The notes beneath the pieces were generated by a model, which saw nothing but the letters and a program-made list of their open reading frames with translations, had not been told where the DNA came from and did not search any database. Shown here piece by piece: positions 15,101-27,100 of a DNA stretch of 64,000 nt. Position 1 is the first letter of the stretch; each line of letters begins with the position of its first letter. This DNA comes from Laetmonice hystrix. Taxonomy: Eukaryota. A program made the position numbers and the translations under genes. The stretch covers positions 40,364,001 through 40,428,000 of the forward strand of contig OZ249436.1 in assembly GCA_965235115.1 (NCBI GenBank), in the 5' to 3' direction.

Positions 15101-18100
15101 TCTCTCGCTGTACGTGAGTCTGGGAAAGTTTGTGTCTGGCGTTTGTTCGTCACAAGGTGGCGCAGTAGTCACGCCCCGTGCTCCATGTCGTAAGCGATCT
15201 CAGAGCGGTGTTTGTTTTGGTCAGTTTGCCCATATGGTTTGCCTGAATAAGATTGTTCTAGTATTATAACTAAGAATAAACAGTGTCGTGAGATGTCAAT
15301 ATGTTATTTAATGTCCAGCGTCAGTCATTGAAACATATGAAGGGAGGGCTCAGCCCGACTGCGGTTAGTTAGAATGTTCTAGGCTAACCCTCGCCGGCAG
15401 ACCAGGCACCCGGGCGCGAGTCGCTGTCAGTGTCGGACAGCCGACAATCAACTCGTAATTTTTCATAATACTAGCTCACTGCGCTAGGAATCGTTATCAA
15501 ACGTACCACCCACAAACTAAGGCTTAGGATATATGTTAGGAGCATATATTTTTAAAACCTCAGACCGGTTTAAAATTGTTTAAAAAAACGAGTGAATGGC
15601 TAGATTCTGTGGGACGCGTGAACACGCTGGCAGACCCGACGACGGGATCACCTGCTCACGCCCCGTCCGGCTTGATATTCCCACGCTCGGTCGCTGCATG
15701 CGACCTCCCCCCCCCCAGATGCTCCGGCTCTTGATAGATTTTCGGTATGGACCAATCAGCTGCGAGCAAACCGGAAACTGGAACCGAGTAAACGGGCCGC
15801 TTACGGGCTCAACAAAACGAACAACTCTCACATAGGAACTTTTCCAGACCCTCTGCTCGGGCCGCTGAGGGTCTGGATGATCGAGACTGGGCCCGTGTGG
15901 GAAAAAAATGACGCTCTGTCTGAAGCGTCAAGGCTGGGTACAAGGAGGTGATCCCACAGGGAAACCCACACGTAAGCCTACCTGTAGGCAGGCTCGGCAT
16001 CACCACGGCATCACCACACGTGACCGGCATCACCACGTTAACTTTACCTGACGTGGGCATTCTGTCCCTCACCACTATATGTGTGGACGCTTATAGCATT
16101 GTGATCAGAAAATGGGCCGGCTGATATCCTTAAGAATGTCGATCCCCGTCGTGATGTAAGGGTAGCCTATACTGGTGCCAGGTATTGTCCGTTCCTTTCC
16201 TCCTATACCAAGCGTGGGTTGGAGGCTACAGCTACATGTTGTAAGGTAGGATGTCCATCATTAGATGAGTGTTTACGGAAGCGAAACCAGGTCAGTGTCA
16301 GGGTGCTAACCCCGGGCTGGCTGGTCAGTGTGCCGATCAGAAGGTGTTGTCTCGATCCATCGTGTAATTAAACAGAGGATGAAGTGGACCTGAGGGTGAC
16401 ACCGACCCAGCCCAGGAGGGGGGAGGGGGCATTAACATCACATTATAAAGTTAAACCAGGGCGGTCAGTCCCCACCCCCCGGCCGGCCGCCGGAGGAAAG
16501 GTCAGGTAGAGGTCACTCCCGGGCACCCCACTGCCCTCCGGTTGTTGATACACCAGCGCGACTATAACAGTAGCCGGACATGCCCCCCTCCCCCCGTGGG
16601 GGAGGGGGGATTAGAAATAAGGGCGTCTCACTGCCCATGCAGTGGCGTCTCCTCGATCAGGAGCGTCTCACTGTCTCTGCAGTGGCGTCTCCAGAGATAA
16701 CAGAATCGTCTCACTGGCCTTAGTGGCAGTAGCGAATTCTGATCCCATCAGAGCGTCAACATCGTCTGTGACAAGTGGCGTCTCCAGAGTAGAGCGTCTC
16801 ACGGCCAACAGCGATGGCGTCTCTGTAGAAATTTGGAGCGTCTCACTGTCTCTGCAGTGGCGTCTCCATCAGAGCGTCAACATCGTCTGTGACAAGTGGC
16901 GTCTCCAGAGGAGCGTCTCACGGCCAACAGCGATGGCGTCTCTGTAGAAATTAGGAGCGTCTCACTGTCTCTGCAGTGGCGTCTCCAGGGATAACAGAAG
17001 CGTCTCACTGGCCCTAGTGGCAGTGGCGACTTCTGATCCCATCAGAGCGTCAACATCGTCTGTGACAAGTGGCGTCTCCAGAGTAGAGCGTCTCACGGCC
17101 AACAGCGATGGCGTCTCTGTAGAAATTTTGGAGCGTCTCACTGTCTCTGCAGTGGCGTCTCCATCAGAGCGTCAACATCGACTGTGACAAGTGGCGTCTC
17201 CATAGTGGAGCGTCTCACGGCCAACAGCGATGGCGTCTCTGTAGTAATTTGGAGCGTCTCACTGTCTCTGCAGTGGCGTCTCCATGGATAACAGAAGCGT
17301 CTCACTGGCCCTAGTGGCAGTGGCGACTTCTGATCCCATCAGAGCGTCAACATCGTCTGTGGCATCTCCCGGCCAACAGCGATGGCGTCTCTGTGTATAC
17401 ACTGGGAAAGCGGGCTGAGGTGTCCACGCTTTCAAAGCCACCAGCGCACTGAGGAATCTACGCTCAAGCCACAAGCCTTAAGCCACACGTTCGTGACCTA
17501 CTTCAAGTAGTCACGTGGTATGATTGACATAGCATGGCGACAAGAAATGAGTTCATCCCATGATAACGCGAGGAACACAAGCGTGTGTTTGAGGAGCAAG
17601 CAAGCCCGCCGTTTGTAGCACCAGCCGGGGGCCGTTGCATAAATTCCCGCTCGCTAAAATTGCCATTGAAATTCAATGACAATTTTAGCGAGCGGGAAAT
17701 TATCAGGCCAGGCTGTCTCTGGGGCGTTTAAAGCAGCATGATAGAGGCACCTTCATGGTTTGAGCTCAAGAACAACCACAGTTTTGACCTTGGCATTGCC
17801 GCTGGCCCTCTTAAATCCGACTGCGCTGCCTTTGTTGACCTTATACATGATGCATGCTGTGCTGTCAATTCGTGACCATTCAGCAAAATGATCAACCTGC
17901 CCGTGGGGAGTGGTCAAATATATCAGACTAGGCAGGGTCCATATAGGATGTTTGCTGTGTAGCCTATGGATGAAGTAAATAGGCCCCAACTCGCTACAGC
18001 ATCAGTCAGACCTACTGAGTAATTGCAGTGTAAAAGGTCATGATACACCCTTTTTATGTCCCAAGATTTCATAATATCGCTGACACATGAGGTGTTAAGT

Positions 18101-21100
18101 CTTTGCTGTATAACCAGTAACAAAGAAATACGGGGGAGTTCAAAGGTTAAGCTTCACATGTGGCTTTGACGGCCCGGCCCTGGCTCCTACTCGATCACGA
18201 CATGCCGGATCACAACACATCGCCATGAAGTGGCTCCCGCTGATGTGTTTATAGTGTAGGCCTGCTGAGAGTCAGCATGCTAGTGGAAAGTAAACACCAC
18301 TGGTGACGTTTAAAAGTCCCACTTCTTTCATTGTACGCAGTCCATAACCACAGACAATGAACTTCTTTAACAACGTTATATAAACTTTTATTGCTGCGGT
18401 TGGCATGCCTAAGAAATTATGTTATTTGCAGACTCAGCTTTAGGGGTTGTGTCTTGAGAGATAAATCATAGAGGTCTACGTTCTTATTGTGTAGCAGAAG
18501 TAAGAATGCTGTAAGAAGGAAAAACAGTTACTCCTCGTCGTAACAGACCTATTAAACTGCCATCATGCATAAAACGTATTGAAAACACCTTATAAGCGAC
18601 CAAACAGGACATAAACAGAGCTTTATTTCATTATTTTCATTGTGTGTCCAGTATAATATTTTTATTCAGTTTTTTACAGAAGGATAAAATTATATTTTTT
18701 AAAAAGTACGAATTTATTTGGCCAACAGACGCGAGAGTGTGTCAGATTTCACAACGAATACTCACACATCATGTACGCTAATGGGTGTGCACGCAATGGT
18801 AGCGACAATCTGTGAGAAATGGTCGCCCTTTAACTCATTAACATTAATACGTCGATGCACCGATGTACGCATAAATGCATGGTAGTTCCCGACGGAGATA
18901 AATTTCTGTGTTAAGGAGCCTTAATTGATGGTTTTGTGGTTGAAGATAGTTTTTGTTGTGGTTACAGGGACTGAGGTCGCGTCGTGCAGTGACTGCCCTG
19001 GCTGAGAGGCTGTGGCCAAACGCAACTGTTCCTTACATCATCGGCCAAAACATCACAAGTGGGCGTTTTAAACTTCTTAGTTTTTGATCTGTTAACCTCC
19101 AACTGTTTACAATTTCCTACAATAATCAATAATCAATTGTTAATTGGACTATTGATGATGTCCCCCTTTTTTATAATTGTTTGTCGATCTTTGGTGTGTA
19201 TTTCTCTAGTTCAATATTATAGTGTGAGTCAGAAAAATAGAAAACCCAGATTTAATCCTAATTTCCCCTAAAACTTAAAAATGATAAATATGATATCAAC
19301 ATATGATAGCATAATTATTCTGCTTCCATATGGTAGGTTGGTCATCCACATTTGGTCACGGATAACTGCACATAAGCCATATTCGTAAAACATATCAAAA
19401 TATCTCATGCCCAAGTTTCGAGTTGCTCTATTGTGAGTTGCATGATTATCATTGACATTTGAATAAACTTACCTAATATGGTTGACCAATACCATATGAA
19501 AACTAAATAATTCCGCTGTCACGTGTTAAAATAAGATTTATGCCATCTTCTTTAATTTGTGAGCAATTGGGGATTAAATCTGGAGTTCCTTTTTCCGACT
19601 CACACTGTATAGAGGAATCTAATTTTCTCACTCTATACTTACGGCTTAGTGATGATTTATGATTTTGTTCCTGTCGTCCAATGTGCAGCTCCGATGCAGA
19701 CTCATATCCTACAAGCCATGGGACACTGGGAGAAACATACCTGCATACGTTTCGTTAACCGAACCATACAAGACGATTATATCGTGTTTGAACCAGGGCC
19801 GTGTGGGTAAGATCATAGAGAAATCAAGTTGCCTTATAACTTGTCGATTGTCTATCTTCACTGAAAGCCATTCATAATGCGGATTCAGTGAGCACCACTT
19901 CCTATGTCTTGTTATGATCTAGAAAGGCCAAATTAAAAGCATAGTCTCATTTCAGGTGCTGTTCGTTCGTGGGCCGTAAGGGGGACGGACGTCAGATAGT
20001 CACATTGAGTAGTCACTGTACTGTGTACGGTGTGGTGGTCCACGAACTGGGCCATGTCATCGGATTCTGGCACGAACACAGCAGGTTCGTATCGAAGGCA
20101 GTCTCAGACTCAGATAGTCACATTGAGTAGTCACTGTACTAGCTGTGTACAGTGTGGTGGTCCACGAACTGGGCCATGTCATCGGGTTCTGGCACGAACA
20201 CAGCAGGTTCGTATCGAAGGCAGTCTCAGACTCAGATAGTCACATTGAGTAGTCACTGTACTGTGTACGGTGTGGTGGTCCACGAACTGGGCCATGTCAT
20301 CGGGTTCTGGCACGAACACAGCAGGTTCGTATCGAAGGCAGTCTCAGACTCAGATAGTCACATTGAGTAGCGCTGTATGGTGTACGGTGTGGTGGTCCAC
20401 GAACTGGGCCATGTCATCGGATTCTGGCACGAACACAGCAGTTTCGTATCGAAGGCAGTCTCAGACTCAGATAGTCACATTGAGTAGCGCTGTATGGTGT
20501 ACAGTGTGGTGGTCCACGAACTGGGCCATGTCATCGGGTTCTGGCACGAACACAGCAGGTTCGTATTGAAGGCAGTCTCGGTAACGCCAGACTCAGATAG
20601 TCACATTGAGTAGTCACTGTAAGGTGTACGGTGTGGTGGTCCACGAACTGGGCCATGTCATCGGGTTCTGGCACGAACACAGCAGGTTCGTATCGAAGGC
20701 TGTAACACGCTCCTAACTTCACGGTGCTGTCGGAGCAAGGGTCACGGGCATAGGCCTAGGGCTATAGGAAAAGGGATAATTCTGTTTGGGGAGAGGTGGG
20801 GAACGAGGGTTGGGGTGGCGTTAGGTTTCGGGCTGGCAATTATGACGGATATTTTTTTATTTTACCCCCGAATTCTGTGGAGATGTTACTGAGGGTTCTA
20901 TACCGCTGCACAGATAGCAATAGAGGAAGGGATAGCGTATGTACGTGTGGGCGTGTCTGTGAACGGATGGCGGAGTTAGTGGGCTGACGGGGTCCATACC
21001 CCAAGACGGCAGCGAAAGATAGAGCTGCAGTCAATAGCATAATTATATAGCATTAATTTCGAAGTGGCTTCTTTCTGTCTTTTTGTGCCTGTGTGTTATA

Positions 21101-24100
21101 ACAAGTCTCAAATAGAAAAAGTCGACGAAAGATATATTGACTCGGTGGTCCAAGGAGCCGACTCCCCTTTTCTGTAGGCACATTTTCTGTGTTTCCTAAT
21201 TTTTGTCGGCCTTTCCTTTATTGAACTCTCTTTTTTTCAAGATCTGCATGTGAACGTGAATAACATAATATCCGTGTTGTACTTACAGGCCGGATCGCGA
21301 CACGTATATCAAAATACTGAATGGGAACATCATGTCAGGAAAACTTGAAAACTTTGACAAAAAATCTGCTTTTGAGATTGATTCCCACGGTCAGCCTTAT
21401 GACTACTACTCCATAATGCATTATCGCAGAGTGAGTTCAGTTCCCGGTATTTTTCTGAGAAATAAGCATTTCAAGCTTGCAATTTAAGTACTCAACTAGA
21501 AATTCTATTGTTTTTCTAATGTGCGAGTGACATAGTTCATAGCATGACTGTATACGCTGAGTACTGCTTAATGAGTATAATTTCCCATTTTTTTCCGATT
21601 TCTTACTTTGTGTTATTTCTGAGAGATGAGATTGATTCATTAGTTTCATGTTTCACTCGTAGAAAACGTTTAGCCGTAATGGTCAGAATACAATCGAACC
21701 ACGTCAGGGACGCGTATTGAGGATAGGGCAACGTGAGGCACTCAGTCCTGGGGACATCGTCCAGGCCAGACTGCTCTACGCTTGCCCCAGTAAGTCGCTC
21801 TGCTTACATTTTCATCATTTAATTGGGTCATACTTAACCCCTCTATTCATATATTTTATTGCAGGAGAGAAGTTGTCTGTGTGTGATTCAAACTAATTTG
21901 TGTAAAAGCCGTTTGCATTTGCCAACAAAATAAACGCATGTAAATTTGTGCGTTGCATACATGTACGTGTCCATACAGTTATACAGGACAGCTATATAGT
22001 CAGGGATAGTCTGGTTAATAACCACTCCCAAATTGACAATATTATTGCATACCACATTTATCTGCATCTTAATTGCAGAACCGCAATGTTTCGAAGAGTT
22101 TACTGGCTCTGAAGGAAACTTCAGCACGCCAAATTATCCAGTGAAATACTTCAAGGACCATACATGCATCTGGATCATCCATGTCATGCCAGGTGATTTT
22201 TCAAACATATTTTCCGAACAAGAATGTACGGAGCCCTGATGGGGACATAAAGAGAAAAAAATTTGTGGTGATCTCGAAATTACCACTTAGTGACGTCATT
22301 AACTCGTTATTACGACTTAATGACGTCACTAAGTGGTAATTTCGAGATCACAATTTTTTTTCTCTGAAACGAACGCGATTAACTCAAAGTTACCACTTAG
22401 TGACGTCATGAAGTGGTAAAAACGATTTAATGACATCACTAAGTCGTTATTACGAGTTAATCGCGTTCGTTTCAGGGAAAAAAAATCGTGATCTCGAAAT
22501 TGCTACTTAGTGACGTCATTAAGTCGTAATAACGAGTTAATGACGTCACTAAGTGGTAATTTCGAGATCACTACAGTTTTTTTTCTCCGCAACGATTTTT
22601 TTTCTTCACGTCCCCAACAGGGCTCCGTAACAATGAACTCAAATACACAATAATTGATAACAAAATTAACGACGGGCAACACTTCACAGCAAGTGTACGC
22701 CTACTATACAAGGTAACCTATAGATATAATTTACAATGCCTGCGTAAACTGCTAATTAAGTAAACCTTACATGATGTGTTGAAGGAGAGGAAGTAAGCCT
22801 GGAGTTTCCGGACTTTGCCCTGGAGAGATCGGCTAACTGTTCGTTTGATTACGTTGAACTGCGGGAGGGTATCGACGAGATGGGCCAGCTGGTGGGCCGG
22901 CTGTGTGGGGAGGGAGACCCCGGTATCTTCCGATCTTCCCGCTCCCTGTGGCTCTACTTCTCATCGGACGCTTCCATAGCACACCGCGGCTTCCTCGCCC
23001 ACTACACCAAGACAAGTGAGTCAGGGTGGGGGCCTGCAGCTGGCTGGGGGCTTTATGGTGGGGGAGGGGGCATGCAGCTGGCTGGGGAGAGGATGGAGGC
23101 ATGCAGCTGGCTGGGGCGTTATGGTGGGGGGAGGGCACGCAGCTGGCTGGGGCGTGGGGGAGTAGATGGAGGCATGCATCTGGCTGGGGCGTTATGGTGG
23201 GGGAGGAGGAATGGGGGCATGCAGCTGGCTGGGGGCGTTATGGTGGGGGGAGGGGCATGCAGCTGGCTGGGGTGTTATGGTGGGGGAGGAGGATGGGGGC
23301 ATGCAGCTGGCTGGGGCTTATGGTGGGGGGAGGGCACGCAGCTGGCTGGGGCGTGGGGGAGATGATGGGGGCATGCAGCTGGCTGTGGCGTCATGGTGGG
23401 GGAGGAGGAATGGGGGCATGCAGCTGGCTGGGGGCGTTATGGTGGGGGAGGGGCATGCAGCTGGCTGGGGTGTTATGGTGGGGGAGGAGGATGGGGGCAT
23501 GCAGCTGGCTGGGGCTTATGGTGGGGGGAGGGCACGCAGCTGGCTGGGGCGTTATGGTGGGGGAGGAGGATGGGGCATGCAGCTGGCTGTGGCGTCATGG
23601 TGGGGGAGGAGGAATGGGGGCATGCAGCTGGCTGGGGCGTGGGGGAGATGATGGGGGCATGCAGCAGGTTGGGGCGTTATGGTGGGGGAGGAGGATAGGG
23701 ACATGCAGCTGGCTGGGGGCGTTATGGTGGGGGAGGAGGATGGAGGCATGCAGCTGGCTGGGGCGTTATGGTGGGGAGGATGGGGCCATGCAGCTGGTTG
23801 GGGCGTTATGGTCATAATGGTGAGGGAGGAGGATGGGGGCATGCAGATGGCTGGGGCGTTATGGTGGGGGAGGTGGGTTGGGGCATGCAGCCGGCTGGGG
23901 CGTTATGGTGGGGAGGATGGGGCCATGCAGCCGGCTGGGGCGTTATGGTGGGGGAGGAGGATGGGAAAAACTGGCTATGAATTAATAGATTTACTGATTA
24001 CTTTTTTGTTCTTAGAATAACGCTTTATTAGTGAAGGACTGGCAAATGTTTAATAATTAAAATGAACAGGTGTTGTTAATTATTAAATGTGCCCGAATTA

Positions 24101-27100
24101 ATGCATGGGACATTTTGATATGATGATCGATTCGCTTTAAAAGTTTTGTAATAAGTGAAAAAAAAACGATTTTTGTTTTTACTTGTTTTTTTTCTTTCTT
24201 GCCTCCTACTTAATTTTTTGTTTAGATTTTAGCTTCTATCTCTTACATTAATCATAATTAATTGCCTGGTAGTTGGGATACTTGATGTATTTCTGAATGT
24301 TCGAATGTTCGAGGTTCAGATAGAAATGTTTATGTGATATAGACGTAATCGACTCGGGATCCACGGGTAGTGGGGCAGTGGATGATCTACACGGCAGCGG
24401 GTCGTGGAGTGTACCCACACTCGAGTACCAGGCCAGTAAGTTCGCTTACCTCACTCCTTGTGGTCACACTTCACGGCAAACTCCGCCGAGTTGAAGCTAA
24501 GAGAATCAACGCTTTTCTTAACATAAGTACAAATATGCTCTACGCCTAAATATAAATGCTACCGATTTGAATTATTGGCATCCTGTTGCTAAACTCTTCA
24601 CTTTTTATAGATCGGCCTTGTGTATATTTTGACCAGACTCTGGGTATATTCTATTGAATACTACAGTAAATGTGACAAATAACATTTCATGGCAACCTGT
24701 TGTCGGTATTCTCACAGGATGTAACGAGTACCTGACCGATCAGGTGGGAGGACTTTCGTCTCCGCTACTCCCTGTCTTCTTCAGAGGTCGTCTTGCCGAC
24801 TGCTCCTGGACGATTGATGGAGGTGAGATGACAGGCGGGCATGTAGCGCCTCCAGCCTCAGGGTTTTCTGGCTTCATTGTAGCAGCAAGCAACCAATATC
24901 TGGCATCCATATTGTATCAAAGTTCCTCACAGTAACAAAATATCGGGGTTGTCGAGAGCCAGAAAGGGCCCTAAGTTAAAATTAAGTTCCAGGTCCCCTT
25001 ATTATTAGTTGAAATTAAAGCGGTTGTTTTTCGTTGGTATTTTTATGAATTGAAGGTGACAATGCGAGTCAGATCCAGCTGTCTATAACTTTGGATATGA
25101 TGCCGCGTGACAACATGGACAACTGTGTGGGTGACATCTACCAACGCGTCACGCAAAGGTTGAGACATCGTCGTCAACAGAAGACTAAGGAGTTGCTTCC
25201 CAAGGTGGTCCGGGTTAACGACCTCTATGACATTGACAGGTTCGTATAGGATGGCGCGGTTACTCAACTTCTTCTCACAAACATCTGATGTCATGATATT
25301 TTATTGATATTCAAATGTTACATTCGATTGGTCGTTAATTTTCAAGAGCAACTGGTGATCGTGCACTTTAACAAATTTTATGATAAATATTCATTGACAT
25401 TCTATGGCGTACGAGTTCTGACTTTTATGCTGACCTCCTGTTTGTTTCTCTCTCCCGGGATAAGATACGCCCCCGTGCGCTACACGTGTGACGTGGCTAA
25501 GAAACTGTTGCTGACCACCTCCACTCTGATGCTGCAGTGGTCATCCGACACCAACCAGCCGTTCAGCCTCAGCTATGTCATAGGTGAGTCGTTTATCGAC
25601 CAATAGTTTACGCTTAGATAGTCAGAGGAGGATTTTTGTGTGCATAATCATAAAAATGGCTTTATATAACTGGTAGGATATGTGTAAGCTATGGTTCAAT
25701 AGATCGCTGTGGCAACTTTGACCAAAACGCAAGGTGTATCCACAAAAGAAAACAAATTTATCAAAAGTGGTTTTAGGGAGACTATGATGAATTGTTGCAT
25801 AGTTGGGTGAATGATGTCAGACATGATGAATGTGCTGCACAGTTGTGTGAATGGTTTCAGACAGATTATGATGAATGTGCTGCACAGTTGTGTGAATGGT
25901 TCCAGGCAGATTATGATGAATGTGCTGCACAGTTGTGTGAATGGTTCCAGGCAGATTATGATGAATGTGCTGCACAGTTGTGTGAATGGTTCCAGACAGA
26001 TTATAATGAATGTGCTGCACAGTTGTGTGAATGGTTTCAGACAGATTATGATGAATGTGCTGCACAGTTGTGTGAATGGTTCCAGGCAGATTATGATGAA
26101 TGTGCTGCACAGTTGTGTGAATGGTTCCAGACAGCTAGATTATGATGAATGTGCTGCACAGTTGTGTGAATGGTTCCAGGCAGATTATGATGAATGTGCT
26201 GCACAGTTGTGTGAATGGTTCCAGACAGATTATGATGAATGTGCTGCACAGTTGTGTGAATGGTTCCAGACAGATTATGATGAATGTGCTGCACAGTTGT
26301 GTGAATGGTTCCAGACAGATTATAATGAATGTGCTGCACAGTTGTGTGAATGGTTTCAGACAGATTATGATGAATGTGCTGCACAGTTGTGTGAATGGTT
26401 CCAGACAGATTATGATGAATGTGCTGCACAGTTGTGTGAATGGTTCCAGACAGCTAGATTATGATGAATGTGCTGCACAGTTGTGTGAATGGTTCCAGGC
26501 AGATTATGATGAATGTGCTGCACAGTTGTGTGAATGGTTCCAGACAGATTATGATGAATGTGCTGCACAGTTGTGTGAATGGTTCCAGACAGATTATGAT
26601 GAATGTGCTGCACAGTTGTGTGAATGGTTCCAGACAGATTATGATGAATGTGCTGCACAGTTGTGTGAATGGTTCCAGGCAGATTATGATGAATGTGCTG
26701 CACAGTTGTGTGAATGGTTCCAGGCAGATTATGATGAATGTGCTGCACAGTTGTGTGAATGGTTCCAGGCAGATTATGATGAATGTGCTGCACAGTTGTG
26801 TGAATGGTTCCAGACAGATTATGATGAATGTGCTGCACAGTTGTGTGAATGGTTCCAGACAGCTAGATTATGATGAATGTGCTGCACAGTTGTGTGAATG
26901 GTTCCAGGCAGATTATGATGAATGTGCTGCACAGTTGTGTGAATGGTTCCAGACAGATTATGATGAATGTGCTGCACAGTTGTGTGAATGGTTTCAGACA
27001 GATTATGATGAACGTGCTGCACAGTTGTGTGAATGGTTCCAGGCAAATTATGATGAATGTGCTGCACAGTTGTGTGAATGGTTCCAGGCAGATTATGATG

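Noticed and set aside
16620..20700. CRISPR-like appearance of repeat clusters
   Set aside because: No unique spacers, no cas genes, and a eukaryotic intronic context; these are tandem repeats.
20085..20700. Tandem mutually exclusive exons for the active site
   Set aside because: The duplicated units lack the exon's acceptor and 5' part. The internal cag sites have no pyrimidine tract and are out of phase.
23026..24020. Long Gly/Trp-rich ORFs (up to 263 aa)
   Set aside because: Translations of an intronic G-rich minisatellite that is open in several frames. The real exon ends at donor 23015/23016.
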